A DNA stretch of 33,256 bases from an uncultured Gemmatimonadota bacterium (GTDB lineage: Bacteria > Blakebacterota > Blakebacteria > Blakebacterales > Blakebacteraceae): NCBI GenBank assembly GCA_964576115.1, contig CAZNUA010000039.1:1-33256 (forward strand), in the 5' to 3' direction. The position numbers were made by a program, and so were the translations under genes. Every line of letters starts with the position of its first letter. The stretch's first letter is position 1. Shown in pieces: positions 1 through 10,016 of the stretch. Under the pieces are notes generated by a model, which did not search any database, had not been told where the DNA came from, and saw only the letters and a program-made list of their open reading frames with translations.

Positions 1-318
1 GCTGCCTACGCGGTGAGCTGCCGCCGGCGCGAGTTCGGCATCCGGATCGCCATCGGCGCCCGTTCGGTCGATATCGTCCGGGGCGTTCTGGCCCGCAACA
101 TCCCCCTGATTCTGCTCGGCCTGGGGCTCGGTCTGGCCGGTTCCCTCATTACCGCCCGTCTCATCCGGGGCCTGCTCTTCGAGATCGGCCCCTGGAATGC
201 GGTCCCCTATGCCATCGCCCTGCTGGTGGTCCCGGCGGTGCTGCTGATCGCGACGCTGATCCCGGCCCGCCGGGCCACCCGTATCGATCCGGTCGCCTCG
301 ATCAGCGAGGGGGTCTAG
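1..318 (+). CDS. ABC transporter permease, FtsX/MacB (ADOP-like) family, C-terminal fragment truncated by the window edge
   Basis: Frame is open from base 1: AAYAVSCRRREFGIRIAIGA...RRATRIDPVAS, matching the RRxEIGIRxALGA and RRAxxxDP motifs of FtsX-like permease C-termini; three hydrophobic helices. Confidence 0.88.
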   Translation, partial: AAYAVSCRRREFGIRIAIGARSVDIVRGVLARNIPLILLGLGLGLAGSLITARLIRGLLFEIGPWNAVPYAIALLVVPAVLLIATLIPARRATRIDPVASISEGV

Positions 319-350
319 CCGCTTCCCGATCGGAGCCGGATCCTGCCCGA

Positions 351-391
351 ACAACGAAAACCCCCCGGCAGCCTAAGGGCCGCCGGGGGGT
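351..391 (-). terminator. Rho-independent terminator of tRNA-Gly(GCC), possibly bidirectional with the convergent permease
   Basis: Minus strand reads ACCCCCCGGCGGCC-CTTA-GGCTGCCGGGGGGT followed by TTTCGTTGT, directly after the tRNA CCA end. Confidence 0.8.
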
Positions 392-396
392 CATTC

Positions 397-472
397 TGGA
401 GCGAGAGACGGGACTCGAACCCGCGACAATCACGTTGGCAACGTGAGGCTCTACCAGCTGAGCTACTCTCGC
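397..472 (-). tRNA. tRNA-Gly (anticodon GCC)
   Basis: Reverse complement GCGAGAGTAGCTCAGCTGGTAGAGCC-TCACG-TTGCCAA-CGTGA-TTGTCGCGGGTTCGAGTCCCGTCTCTCGCTCCA: 76 nt cloverleaf, GGTTCGA T-loop, encoded CCA. Confidence 0.97.
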
Positions 473-669
473 CTGATCCGGCCCGAAACACCAGTCCCGG
501 ACCGGCACTACATACTGTCGAAATCGGGTCTCTGAATCAACGCCAATTTGACCCGGCGGTGTCGGTCGGGTGAAGTACCATACGGGATGAAGAGAGGTTG
601 CGGATTCGCACCCGAGGAGGTGCGGGTTCTCGGAGTGTACCCGGAGTCCGGAGGGGGGAACTGACCGGA

Positions 670-2142
670 ATGCCGAAGCGAAAAGCGGAGGACAGACGGG
701 CACTCTTCCGGCACCTGCCCTCGATCGAGGAGCTCACGGCGAGTCCGGGCAGCGGACCAGGCGCGCGCCTGACGCGGGAGGCGCGGACCCGGTTGGGACG
801 GCGCATCGTCGAGGCTCTGCGCCGGCGGATCGAAGAGGGAGAGTGGACGCCCGGTTCGAAGACCGAAGCGCTGGCTGCGGCCCGGTGCGAGATGCGGGCG
901 GCAGCGGCCCGGATCACGGCCCGCACCCCCCGGCCGGTGATCAATGCCGCCGGAGTCGTCCTGCACACCAACCTGGGCCGGGCTCCCCTGGCCGGCGAAG
1001 CCCTGCGGGCGATTCGGGCCGCCGGGCGGGGGTACTGCGATCTGGAATACGACCTCGAGGCGGGCCGGCGGGGGAGCCGGCTCGAGGCGGTCGAGGAACT
1101 GCTCTGCGTGCTGAGCGGAGCCGATGCGGCCCTGGCCGTGAACAACAACGCCGGGGCGGTTCTGCTGGCCCTGGACACCCTGGCCTCGGGCCGCGAGGTG
1201 ATCGTCTCGCGCGGCCATCTGGTGGAGATCGGCGGCAGTTTCCGCATGCCCGAGATCATGGTCAAGAGCGGGGCGACGATCGTCGAGGTGGGAACCACCA
1301 ACAAGACCCACCGGCGCGACTATGAACGGGCCGTGACCCGCCGCACGGGGCTGATCCTGCACGTGCACCAGAGCAACTTCGCACAGACGGGTTTTGTGAA
1401 GCAGGTCCCCCTGGCCGAGTTGGTGGAGGTCGGGGCCGCGCACGGAGTACCGGTTCTCGACGATCAGGGCAGCGGGATCATGGACAAGCCCGGGCGGCTG
1501 GGAGCACCCCTGGAACCGACCGTGCGGGCGGGTCTCGAAACAGGGGTCGTGGCCGTTACCTGTTCGGGGGACAAGCTTCTGGGGGGCTCGCAGGCGGGAC
1601 TCATCTTCGGGCAGGCCGAAGCGGTGGCCGGTATGAAGGCCAATCCCCTGGCCCGGGCCCTGCGCCTGGACAAGCTGCAGCTGGCGGTCCTGCAGGCCAC
1701 CATCCGGCTCTACCTGACCGGTCGGGCCGACACCGACCTGCCGGTGCGGGCCATGGCCCTGGCTACCCGGGCCGAACTCACAACCCGGGCCAACCAGGTG
1801 CGAGATGCCATCCGGGCGGCCCTGGACAGGCAGGCGGAAGCCGGTTCGGAGACGTCCCCGGTGACGGTCACGACCGCCCCGGCGACCTGCGTGCTGGGCG
1901 GGGGGAGCAGTCCCGACACCGAACTGCCCGACCGGGCGGTGGTCCTGAGACCGAAAAGCGGCGTCGTCACTGCCGCCGCGCTCGATCGGGCCCTGCGCCG
2001 GGGCCGACCGCCGGTCGTGGCGCGAGTGTCGGAGGAACAGGTGATTCTTACTATCCGGACCGTGCTGCCGTCCGAGCAGGAGCAACTCGTGCGCGCCGTG
2101 GTGCGCGCCGTCGGTGCGGCCCGGCGAAAGACAAAGACGTAG
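670..2142 (+). CDS. selA: L-seryl-tRNA(Sec) selenium transferase (selenocysteine synthase)
   Basis: Motifs VINAAGVVLHTNLGRAPL, VSRGHLVEIGGSFR, EVGTTNKT and SGDKLLGGSQAG (PLP lysine). ATG670 is preferred over TTG598 because the purine-rich GGAGGGGGG precedes it. Confidence 0.95.
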   Translation: MPKRKAEDRRALFRHLPSIEELTASPGSGPGARLTREARTRLGRRIVEALRRRIEEGEWTPGSKTEALAAARCEMRAAAARITARTPRPVINAAGVVLHTNLGRAPLAGEALRAIRAAGRGYCDLEYDLEAGRRGSRLEAVEELLCVLSGADAALAVNNNAGAVLLALDTLASGREVIVSRGHLVEIGGSFRMPEIMVKSGATIVEVGTTNKTHRRDYERAVTRRTGLILHVHQSNFAQTGFVKQVPLAELVEVGAAHGVPVLDDQGSGIMDKPGRLGAPLEPTVRAGLETGVVAVTCSGDKLLGGSQAGLIFGQAEAVAGMKANPLARALRLDKLQLAVLQATIRLYLTGRADTDLPVRAMALATRAELTTRANQVRDAIRAALDRQAEAGSETSPVTVTTAPATCVLGGGSSPDTELPDRAVVLRPKSGVVTAAALDRALRRGRPPVVARVSEEQVILTIRTVLPSEQEQLVRAVVRAVGAARRKTKT

Positions 2143-2166
2143 GCAGGCACCCGGCAGGAGAATGCC

Positions 2167-5100
2167 GTGCGGCTCTCGACCCTGACGATATACGGATTCA
2201 AGTCCTTTGCCGACAAGATCGAGATCGATTTCGGTGACGGCATGACCGCCGTGGTCGGTCCCAACGGCTGCGGCAAAACCAACATCGTGGATGCCCTGAA
2301 ATGGGTCATGGGGGAGCAGAAACCCACCGCCATCCGCGGCAAGACGATGGAAGACGTGATCTTCAACGGCTCTTCGACCCGCAAGCCGCTGGGATTCGCC
2401 GAGGTCGCTCTGACGGTCGACAACTCCGACGAACGACTGCCGATCGAAGCGGCCGAAGTCACCGTCACCCGCCGCCTGTTCCGGAGCGGTGAGAGCGAGT
2501 ACCTGATCAACAATCAGCAGTGCCGCCTGCGCGACGTGCACGACCTGTTCATGGACAGCGGGATCGGCAACAACGCCTACACCGTGATCCAGCAGGAAAT
2601 GGTCGACGTCATCATCAGCGACCGGGCCGAGGAGCGCCGGATCGTTTTCGAAGAGGCGGCGGGTATCCAGAAGTACAAGAGCCGCCGGCGGGAAACCCAG
2701 AACAAGCTGCGGGGAGTCGAGCAGGATCTGCTGCGGTTGGGCGATGTACTTGCCGAGGTGGAGAAAGCGGTCCGGAGCCTGAAGCGCCAGGTGAACCGGG
2801 CCAAGCGCTATCAGAAGTACCGCGACCGGCTGGCGGTGGCCGAAGTGCACCTGGCCTGGAAGCGGGATCGCCGCTACGAGGAAGAGATCCGCCCCCTGCG
2901 CGACGAGCTGCGGGTTCTCAAAGAGTCGCGCTCGGGAACCGGCAGCGCTCTGGGGCAGAAGGAGGCGGCTCTGGCCGAGGCCCGGCGCCTGGAACTCGAT
3001 CTGGAGAAGGTCGTCCAGGGCACCCAGGAGCGGGTCGAGGAAGCCCGCGAGCAGGTCCGGAATATCGAGGCCCGGCTCATCGCCCTGCGCGAGCGAAAGA
3101 CAGCGGCCGAGGAAGCCGCCCGGCGCGGCCGGCTCGAAGCCGAGGAGATGGAGAAGCGCCGGGTGGCCGAGCTCGAGGAGCGCACGGCCCGGCGGTCAGA
3201 TCGGGAGCGGGCCGAAGAGGAACTCGGTGGGATCGGTCGCGAGGAGGAGACCACGGGCGAGAAGCTGGCGGGTATCGAGGAGCGCCTGCGCGAAGCCCGC
3301 AGCGCCCTGGACGATCTCAAGGCCCGCCACACCCGTGCCAGTGTCTATTACCAGGATGAGGCCCAGCGGGCCGAGTTCCTGAATTACAAGGTGCGGGAAC
3401 GCCGGGAGCGGATCGAGAGCCTGCGGGCCCAGCAGACCCGAACCGGGGCGGAGATCGACGAGGTCACCCGCGAGCAGGCCCGGCTCTCGACCCGGCTGGT
3501 GGAGATGGTGGAAATCCGCAGCGTCCTGCGCGCCGAGAGGGAGCGCCTGGAGCAGGCCGGCGACGTACTGGCCGGGACCATCGACGAGACAGCCGCCCGT
3601 CTGGCCGGGATCGAGACCGCCCTGCAGGCCGCCCGCACCGAGCGGGATGTCGTGCGCGGTTTCATCGAGAATCTCGAGGGCGTCGGTGAGGCCACCCGGG
3701 CCCTGCGCACGGCCGGCGAGGAGGGCTTCGGGCCCCTGCTGGCCGAGACCCTCGAGGTCGATCCCGACGCCGTGCCGGCTGTCGAAGCCGCCCTCGGACC
3801 GGCTCTCGACGGTCTGCTGCTGCTCGACGAGAACGCCCTGCAGCGGGCGCTGACACTGCTGCGGGGGCGCCGCGAGGGCGGCCGGGCGGTCCTGCTCGCC
3901 CCCTGGCAGGCGGGTACCGCGGCCGCCGAACTGCCCTCCTGGGCCCAGACCGATCCGGCTGTCGAAGGCTCACCCGCCGCACGGATCGCCGGCCAGGGGC
4001 CGGCCCCGAGTCTGGCTCGGGGATTGCTGGCCCGCTACCTGCTCGTCACCGACCTGGAGAGCGCCCTGCGCCTGGCCCCGCGCGCGGCCGCCGAGGGGTG
4101 GACCCTGGTGACCCGCGCCGGGGAACTGCTCCTGCCGGGCGGTCTCATCGCGACCGGACCGGGCGAGTCGGGCGCCGCCGAGGCCGGTCTGCTCTCCCGC
4201 CGCCGCCGGCTCGAGGACCTGCAGGAGAAGGTCACCCGTATCGCACGGACGCGCGACGAAACCGAGGCCGGACTACAGCACCGCCGCGAAGAGGCGGCCG
4301 AACTCAGAGAGCGCGCCGCGGCCGTGAACCGGACGATCGAACAGGTCGAAGAGGACCGACGCGGCATCGACCTGTCGCTCACTACGGCCGGTTCGCGCCA
4401 GGAAGGTCTGCAGGAAAAGCTGCAGGATCTCGCCCTCCGGATTGCCGACGAAGAGAGCGAACTGGCCGACGACGAAACCGAATTCGAGAAGCTCAGCCCG
4501 CTGCTCTCCAAAGCACTGGAGGAGAGCGGCGAACTCGGTGGGGCGCTCGAGGAACAGCGCCAGAAGGTGCTCGCCATTGCCGGCGAACAGGACGCCGGAC
4601 GGCACCGCCTGCAGGAACTGCGCCTGAACCGCGCCCGGGTCGAGCAGCGCCTGGAGGGCCTGGGCCGCGAGATCGAGCGGCTGGGCGAAAGCGCCGAGGA
4701 ACTGGCCGCTTCTGCCACCCGGCGCCGCGAAGAAGCGGCCGAATCGGAGCGCAACTGCGCCGCCCTCGTCGAGACGATCGAGTCCGACGAGAGAGTGCTG
4801 GAGGAGCGGCGGGCGGCCCGCAGCGAACTCGAAGAGGAGCTGGCCGCCGGCGAGAAGGAGTACCTCGAACAGCGCAACACCGTCCAGGAACTCGAGGAAG
4901 AACTGCGCCGGGAACGTAAGGTGCGCGAAGACCAGCAGGAGCGAGCCCACACCCTAGAACTGCGCCTGTCCGAACTGCAGATGCGGCGTGAAAACCTGGC
5001 CGAGCGTGTCCGCGAAGAGTACGACACCGATCTGACGGCAGTGCAGGAGGCCGATCTGCTCGAAGAGGGCGAGGAATCGCCCGAACTCGATGTCCTCGAC

Positions 5101-5745
5101 GAAGAAGTGCGCGACCTGCGCGAGCGGATCGACAAGCTGGGGCCGGTCAATCTGCTGGCGCTCGAGGAGTACGAGGTCGAAGCGGAGCGGCTCGAGTTCC
5201 TGACCGGCCAGCGGGACGATCTCGAAGAAGCCCGCGCCGACCTGCAGCAGACGATCCGGAAGATCAACAAGACCGCCCGCCAGCGTTTCAACGAAACCTT
5301 CTCGATCATCCGTACCAATTTCCAGCGCACCTACAGCCAGTTTTTCGAAGGGGGTGAGGCCGACGTCTACCTGGCCGACGACGAGGATCCCCTCGAGGCC
5401 CGGATCGAGATCGTGGCCCGCCCCCGGGGCAAAATCCTCAAGAGCCTGGCGGCCCTCTCGGGCGGGGAACGGGCCCTGACCGCGGTGGCCCTGCTCTTTG
5501 CCATTTATCTGGTCAAACCGAGTCCTTTCTGTATCCTTGATGAGGTCGACGCGCCGCTGGATGAAGCCAACATCGGGCGTTTCCTCCGGGTGCTGGCCAG
5601 CTTCCAGAAGTCGACCCAGTTCATCGTGATCACGCACAACAACCGCACCATGGAAGCCTCGGACGCTTTCCTGGGAATCACGATGGAGGAACCGGGCGTC
5701 TCGAAGGTGGTCGGGGTCCGGTTCGGGGAGGAAGCAGCGGCGTAA
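2167..5745 (+). CDS. smc: Chromosome segregation ATPase SMC
   Basis: GFKSF, Walker A GPNGCGKTN, long coiled coils with a central hinge, signature LSGGE, Walker B/D-loop ILDEVDAPLD, ITHN; RBS GGAG upstream. Confidence 0.97.
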   Translation: MRLSTLTIYGFKSFADKIEIDFGDGMTAVVGPNGCGKTNIVDALKWVMGEQKPTAIRGKTMEDVIFNGSSTRKPLGFAEVALTVDNSDERLPIEAAEVTVTRRLFRSGESEYLINNQQCRLRDVHDLFMDSGIGNNAYTVIQQEMVDVIISDRAEERRIVFEEAAGIQKYKSRRRETQNKLRGVEQDLLRLGDVLAEVEKAVRSLKRQVNRAKRYQKYRDRLAVAEVHLAWKRDRRYEEEIRPLRDELRVLKESRSGTGSALGQKEAALAEARRLELDLEKVVQGTQERVEEAREQVRNIEARLIALRERKTAAEEAARRGRLEAEEMEKRRVAELEERTARRSDRERAEEELGGIGREEETTGEKLAGIEERLREARSALDDLKARHTRASVYYQDEAQRAEFLNYKVRERRERIESLRAQQTRTGAEIDEVTREQARLSTRLVEMVEIRSVLRAERERLEQAGDVLAGTIDETAARLAGIETALQAARTERDVVRGFIENLEGVGEATRALRTAGEEGFGPLLAETLEVDPDAVPAVEAALGPALDGLLLLDENALQRALTLLRGRREGGRAVLLAPWQAGTAAAELPSWAQTDPAVEGSPAARIAGQGPAPSLARGLLARYLLVTDLESALRLAPRAAAEGWTLVTRAGELLLPGGLIATGPGESGAAEAGLLSRRRRLEDLQEKVTRIARTRDETEAGLQHRREEAAELRERAAAVNRTIEQVEEDRRGIDLSLTTAGSRQEGLQEKLQDLALRIADEESELADDETEFEKLSPLLSKALEESGELGGALEEQRQKVLAIAGEQDAGRHRLQELRLNRARVEQRLEGLGREIERLGESAEELAASATRRREEAAESERNCAALVETIESDERVLEERRAARSELEEELAAGEKEYLEQRNTVQELEEELRRERKVREDQQERAHTLELRLSELQMRRENLAERVREEYDTDLTAVQEADLLEEGEESPELDVLDEEVRDLRERIDKLGPVNLLALEEYEVEAERLEFLTGQRDDLEEARADLQQTIRKINKTARQRFNETFSIIRTNFQRTYSQFFEGGEADVYLADDEDPLEARIEIVARPRGKILKSLAALSGGERALTAVALLFAIYLVKPSPFCILDEVDAPLDEANIGRFLRVLASFQKSTQFIVITHNNRTMEASDAFLGITMEEPGVSKVVGVRFGEEAAA

Positions 5746-5775
5746 CCATCATTTGCGGGGACCGGCCTCACGTCC

Positions 5776-6711
5776 ATGACGACCTTGCGATCACGCCTGG
5801 CCCGGGGGCTCACGCGCACCAGGGAACTGCTGCTGACCGATGTGGCCGATCTCTTCGGCCCCGGCTCGCGCCCCGACCGGGCGACCCTCGACCAGCTCGA
5901 AGACCGACTGCTCGAAGCCGATCTGGGACCCGAGGCGGCGCTGCGCATCCGCGACCGGCTCGAGGCCGAGCTGGCCGGCCGGCGGGGACTGTCGGTTGAA
6001 GAGATCACCCGCCTCATGAGCGATATGATCGCCGATATGCTCACTCCCCACGCGCGTCCCCGCCGCTTCGAGGACGAACTGGCCGGCTCCCCCCACGTGG
6101 TTCTCTTCGTCGGCGTCAACGGTTCGGGCAAGACCACCACGATCGGCAAGATGGCTCACGGCTGGCGTCAGACGGGCCGCCGGGTTCTGATTGCAGCGGC
6201 CGATACCTGGCGGGCAGCAGCGGTGGAACAACTCGAGGTCTGGGCCCAGCGGGCGGGCGCCGATTTCGTGCGTTCCCAGGAGGGAGCCGATCCCGCAGCG
6301 GTGGCCTACGACGCCCTGGAGGCCGCTGTCGCCCGGGGAGCCGACGTCCTGCTGATCGACACCGCCGGCCGGCTGCACACCCGTCACGGCCTGATGGAAG
6401 AGCTGGCCAAGATCGCCCGCGTGCTCGACCGCCGTCTCGAGGGAGCACCGCACGAGACCCTGCTCGTTCTCGACGCCACCACGGGGCAGAACGCGATCGT
6501 GCAGGCCCGCGAGTTCACCCGGCGGATCGGGGTGACCGGGCTGGTTCTGACCAAACTCGACGGCACCGCCCGAGGCGGAGTCACCGTGGCGGTGGCCGAA
6601 CAGGTCGGGATCGGGATCGAAATGGTGGGGGTGGGGGAGGACATCGAGGCCCTGCAGCCGTTCGACCCGGCCCTCTTCGCAACCGCCCTGCTGGCGCCGG
6701 AGGGGGTGTGA
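5776..6711 (+). CDS. ftsY: SRP receptor GTPase FtsY (NG domain only, no acidic A domain)
   Basis: GVNGSGKTTT, AADTWRAAA, DTAGR, DATTGQN, TKLDGTARGG, GVGE; classical smc-ftsY order. Confidence 0.96.
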   Translation: MTTLRSRLARGLTRTRELLLTDVADLFGPGSRPDRATLDQLEDRLLEADLGPEAALRIRDRLEAELAGRRGLSVEEITRLMSDMIADMLTPHARPRRFEDELAGSPHVVLFVGVNGSGKTTTIGKMAHGWRQTGRRVLIAAADTWRAAAVEQLEVWAQRAGADFVRSQEGADPAAVAYDALEAAVARGADVLLIDTAGRLHTRHGLMEELAKIARVLDRRLEGAPHETLLVLDATTGQNAIVQAREFTRRIGVTGLVLTKLDGTARGGVTVAVAEQVGIGIEMVGVGEDIEALQPFDPALFATALLAPEGV

Positions 6712-9700
6712 TGGGGCAGAGGAACCTGCAAGCTCCGATCGTCTGGACCGCCTTCTTCATTTCCGGCGCCGCCGGACTGGTCTACGAGGTGGTCTGGGCC
6801 CGCTATCTCGACCTGGTGCTGGGTGGGACGACGTATGCCCATACCATGGTGCTGGCCGCCTATATGGGGGGCCTGGCCCTGGGGAGCTGGTTCTTCGGCC
6901 GGCTGGCCGACCGGATCAAGCGACCGCTGCGTCTCTATGTCCTGCTCGAATGCGGTGTCGCGCTCTGGGGTCTGCTCTTCCCGCTTCTCTTCGCCGCCGG
7001 CAGCGCCTTTTATCTCCTGCTGGCCAATGGACTCGGAACGACCGGCCTCGGAGGGGTGGCGAACAAATTCATCAACAGCGCCCTGCTGCTCGGACCCTCG
7101 ACCTTCCTCATGGGGGGCACGTTGCCCCTGCTGACACGCGTCCTGACCTCTTCGCCCGGTCAGGTCGGGCGGCGGGTGGCAGGACTGTACTTCATCAACT
7201 CGATCGGCGCGGTCAGCGGGGCCCTGCTGGCCGGCTTCGCCCTGATACCGGCCGTGGGGGTCACGGCCAGCCTCTGGACCGCGGCGGGTCTGAACCTGCT
7301 CGCCGGCGGGGGGGTGTTCGCCGCTCTGCGTTTCCGGCTGGTGGGAGAGGTTCCGGTGGGGGAGGAGACGATCGCAGCGGCCGGTGTGGCCGAAACCTCG
7401 GAGAAAACCGGAACAGAAGATGGTGCACCGGTCGGTTCCGGGGGGGACGAAGCGGGGCCGGGTACGGGGCCGGTGCCCGAGTTCGAGGGCGTTCCGGAAT
7501 CACGCCTGGCGCTCTGGGGCCGGGTCGCGGTCTGGGGTGCGGCGGTGTGCGGACTGGTGGTCATGGTCTTCGAAGTCAGCTGGATCCGCCTGCTCTCGAC
7601 CATCCTTGGTTCGAGCACATACAGCTTCACCCTGATGCTGGCGGCCTTCATCACCGGGATTGCTTTCGGCTCGCTCATCGCCCGCCGGCTGGCCCGCAAG
7701 GGTACGCCGTTCTACCATTTCGGGGCGAGCCTGCTGCGGATCGGCCTGGCCCTGCTCATCACCCTGCCGCTCTACGCCCGTCTGCCGCACATCTTCCTCG
7801 ACCTGCAGAGCATGCTCCCGCGCACCGACGCCGGATACCGGCTCTACGAACTGGTCAAGTATCTCTTCTGCCTGGCGATCATGCTCCCGCCGACCCTGGC
7901 CTCGGGGGCCGCCCTGCCGCTGGCCACAGATGTGGCGGCCCGCCTGCGCCGCGAAGTCGGGGCTCCGGTCGGCCACCTGTGGGCGGTCAACACCTTCGGT
8001 ACGATCGTCGGCGCCCTCGTCGGCGGACTGATACTGCTGCCCGCCTTCGGAGTGCGGGCCACGATGACTGCCGGGATCGTCGTCACCCTTCTCGTCGGGC
8101 TGTACGTTCTCAGTCTGGCTCCGCGCACACAGGGATGCGTCTTTCAGCGCACCGCCGGCACGGTAGCCCTGCTGACCGTTCTCTTTCTGCTTCTGGCCCC
8201 CGCCTGGGATAAGGTCGCCCTGGCTTCGGGGGCCTATCACACCCGCGGAGACCGCCGTACGGCGCGCACCCGCTTTCAGACCGAACAGGTCAGCCAGGCG
8301 ATCGAGTTCTATACCGAGGACATCAACGGCACCGTCGCGGTGATGTCCTTCCGGGACAACTACTCCCTGATCGTGAACGGGAAAACCGACGCCAGTACCT
8401 ATGCCAACGACCAGACGACCCAGACCCTGATTGCGGCCATTCCGGCCATGATGATCCCCGACGCCCGGCGGGCCCTGGTGATCGGTCTGGGGAGCGGTCA
8501 GACCGCCGGCCACCTGCTGCAGTATCCGGTCGGCGGCGTCGAGATCGTCGAAATATCCCCCGGGGTCATCCAGGCCAGTCACTTTTTCGATGAGATCAAC
8601 CATCGCCCGCTCGACGATCCCCGCACGACCCTGGTGACCCAGGACGCCAAGACCTATCTGCTGACCCGGCCCGACGTGCGATACGATCTGGTTCTCTCGG
8701 AACCGAGCAACCCGTGGATCGCCGGGATCGGGGGGCTCTTTTCACTCGAGTACTTCACCACCCTGCGCGATCATCTCGAGCTGCGGGGGGTCGTGGCGCA
8801 GTGGATCCACTCCTACCAGCAGACCGAGGAAACCCTCACCAGCGTGATGAAGACCTTCGCGGCGGTCTTCCCCTATACCACCGTCTGGGGACTCTCGAGC
8901 GGCGACCTGCTGCTGGTCGGCAGCATGCGGCCGGTGGCGTGGGACTTCGCCCGTTCCCTGGCCGCGCTGGAGCGTCCCGCGGTCAGGGCGGATCTGGACC
9001 GGATTCACATTCCCAACCTCTTCACCCTGCTGACACGCCAGCTCATGAGCCCCCTGCGCGTGGCCGAGGCCACGGCCGGACCGGGGCGGCTGAATACCGA
9101 TGACAGGCCCTTCCTGGAGTACCACGCTCCCCGGGCTTTCTTCCTGAACCAGGGCGCCACCCTGCACAACCGGTTCGACGAGCGGACCCGCTCGTTGATC
9201 AATACCCGCCTCACCCTGCGCTCCTGGCTCGCCGGGCGCGATCCAGCCACCGCAGAGCTGGCGGGAGTGATCCGGTACATGCAGAACGCCGGGGTGATCG
9301 AACCCCGTCTCTACGTTTCGGCTGCGGCCGTCATGCAGAGGCGCGACCCCGAATCCGAAGCGGTCGAGCAGGCAATCGAGCAGAGCGGTCTGGCCGTCAT
9401 GCAGGAGATGGTCGAGGAGTCAGCCCGCCGGGCGACGACCGGGCCGGGCTCGGCCCGGACGGTCGGCGATTACGCCCGGCTCCTGCTCGATTACTACCGG
9501 CAGATACGCAGCGTTCTGTACTCCGCCGACGCAACCGCCGAGAGGCTCTCCAACGTTCTCGGCTGGGCGATCGAACAGCTTCCGGAAGAAACCCCGTACT
9601 GGCTCTACGAATACGGCCGAATCGCGTATGACCGGGGCCAATACGCCGAATCGGAAGACGCCCTGCGCGAGGTCGTGCAGCGCCTCGGGGCGGCCGCGGA

Positions 9701-9965
9701 TCCCGACCGCCTGGGGCAGCTGCTCGCCGACGCCACTACCGAAGAACGGGAGGAGTTCCTCGCCGCCGGGGACGATCGTGTACCGGCCCACGCGGTCCTG
9801 GCCTACCTGGGCCGCACCCTGGTGGCCCGGGGCGACTGGGATTCGGCCCGGCAGGTTTTCTCCGATTCGTATCGATTGAACCCGGACAATCCCGTGGTCG
9901 CATTCTATCTTGAGGAGTTGAGCGCACCCGATCCCCTGAGCCGATTCCGGCATCCTGAGCGATGA
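6708..9965 (+). CDS. Fused MFS-like membrane domain / spermidine-synthase-like SAM-fold transferase with C-terminal TPR-like helices (paralogue 1)
   Basis: Two repeated membrane halves (SGAAGLVYEVVWARYL; CGLVVMVFEVSWIRLL), then NGKTDAS, ALVIGLGSGQT, VEIVEISPGV, QDAKTYL, YDLVLSEPSNPW, NTDDRPFLEY; TPR-like tail (YWLYEYGRIAY, AYLGRTL...NPDN). Start overlaps the ftsY stop (GTGATG). Confidence 0.88.
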   Translation: MMGQRNLQAPIVWTAFFISGAAGLVYEVVWARYLDLVLGGTTYAHTMVLAAYMGGLALGSWFFGRLADRIKRPLRLYVLLECGVALWGLLFPLLFAAGSAFYLLLANGLGTTGLGGVANKFINSALLLGPSTFLMGGTLPLLTRVLTSSPGQVGRRVAGLYFINSIGAVSGALLAGFALIPAVGVTASLWTAAGLNLLAGGGVFAALRFRLVGEVPVGEETIAAAGVAETSEKTGTEDGAPVGSGGDEAGPGTGPVPEFEGVPESRLALWGRVAVWGAAVCGLVVMVFEVSWIRLLSTILGSSTYSFTLMLAAFITGIAFGSLIARRLARKGTPFYHFGASLLRIGLALLITLPLYARLPHIFLDLQSMLPRTDAGYRLYELVKYLFCLAIMLPPTLASGAALPLATDVAARLRREVGAPVGHLWAVNTFGTIVGALVGGLILLPAFGVRATMTAGIVVTLLVGLYVLSLAPRTQGCVFQRTAGTVALLTVLFLLLAPAWDKVALASGAYHTRGDRRTARTRFQTEQVSQAIEFYTEDINGTVAVMSFRDNYSLIVNGKTDASTYANDQTTQTLIAAIPAMMIPDARRALVIGLGSGQTAGHLLQYPVGGVEIVEISPGVIQASHFFDEINHRPLDDPRTTLVTQDAKTYLLTRPDVRYDLVLSEPSNPWIAGIGGLFSLEYFTTLRDHLELRGVVAQWIHSYQQTEETLTSVMKTFAAVFPYTTVWGLSSGDLLLVGSMRPVAWDFARSLAALERPAVRADLDRIHIPNLFTLLTRQLMSPLRVAEATAGPGRLNTDDRPFLEYHAPRAFFLNQGATLHNRFDERTRSLINTRLTLRSWLAGRDPATAELAGVIRYMQNAGVIEPRLYVSAAAVMQRRDPESEAVEQAIEQSGLAVMQEMVEESARRATTGPGSARTVGDYARLLLDYYRQIRSVLYSADATAERLSNVLGWAIEQLPEETPYWLYEYGRIAYDRGQYAESEDALREVVQRLGAAADPDRLGQLLADATTEEREEFLAAGDDRVPAHAVLAYLGRTLVARGDWDSARQVFSDSYRLNPDNPVVAFYLEELSAPDPLSRFRHPER

Positions 9966-10016
9966 CCGGACCGCCGTGCTGAATCCTCCACCGGAACCCG
10001 GATCGGAGCCGGATTG

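Noticed and set aside
548..581. TTGACC...TACCAT as the selA sigma70 promoter
   Set aside because: The 22-nt spacer is too long; only the -10-like hexamer is plausible
587..664. uORF peptide EEVRVLGVYP resembles the C-terminus of prephenate dehydratase
   Set aside because: The match is only about 10 residues and the upstream frame shows no ACT-domain similarity, so probably coincidence
473..669. Possible tRNA-Sec (selC) next to selA
   Set aside because: No TTCAAA anticodon loop, T-loop or acceptor stem on either strand
508..2850. Long antisense and alternative-frame ORFs (e.g. 508-2850, 11817-14009, 14973-16511, 19713-21314, 25244-26857)
   Set aside because: They are shadows of well-supported genes. 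High-GC codon bias removes stops on the opposite strand, and the translations are low-complexity with no family motifs
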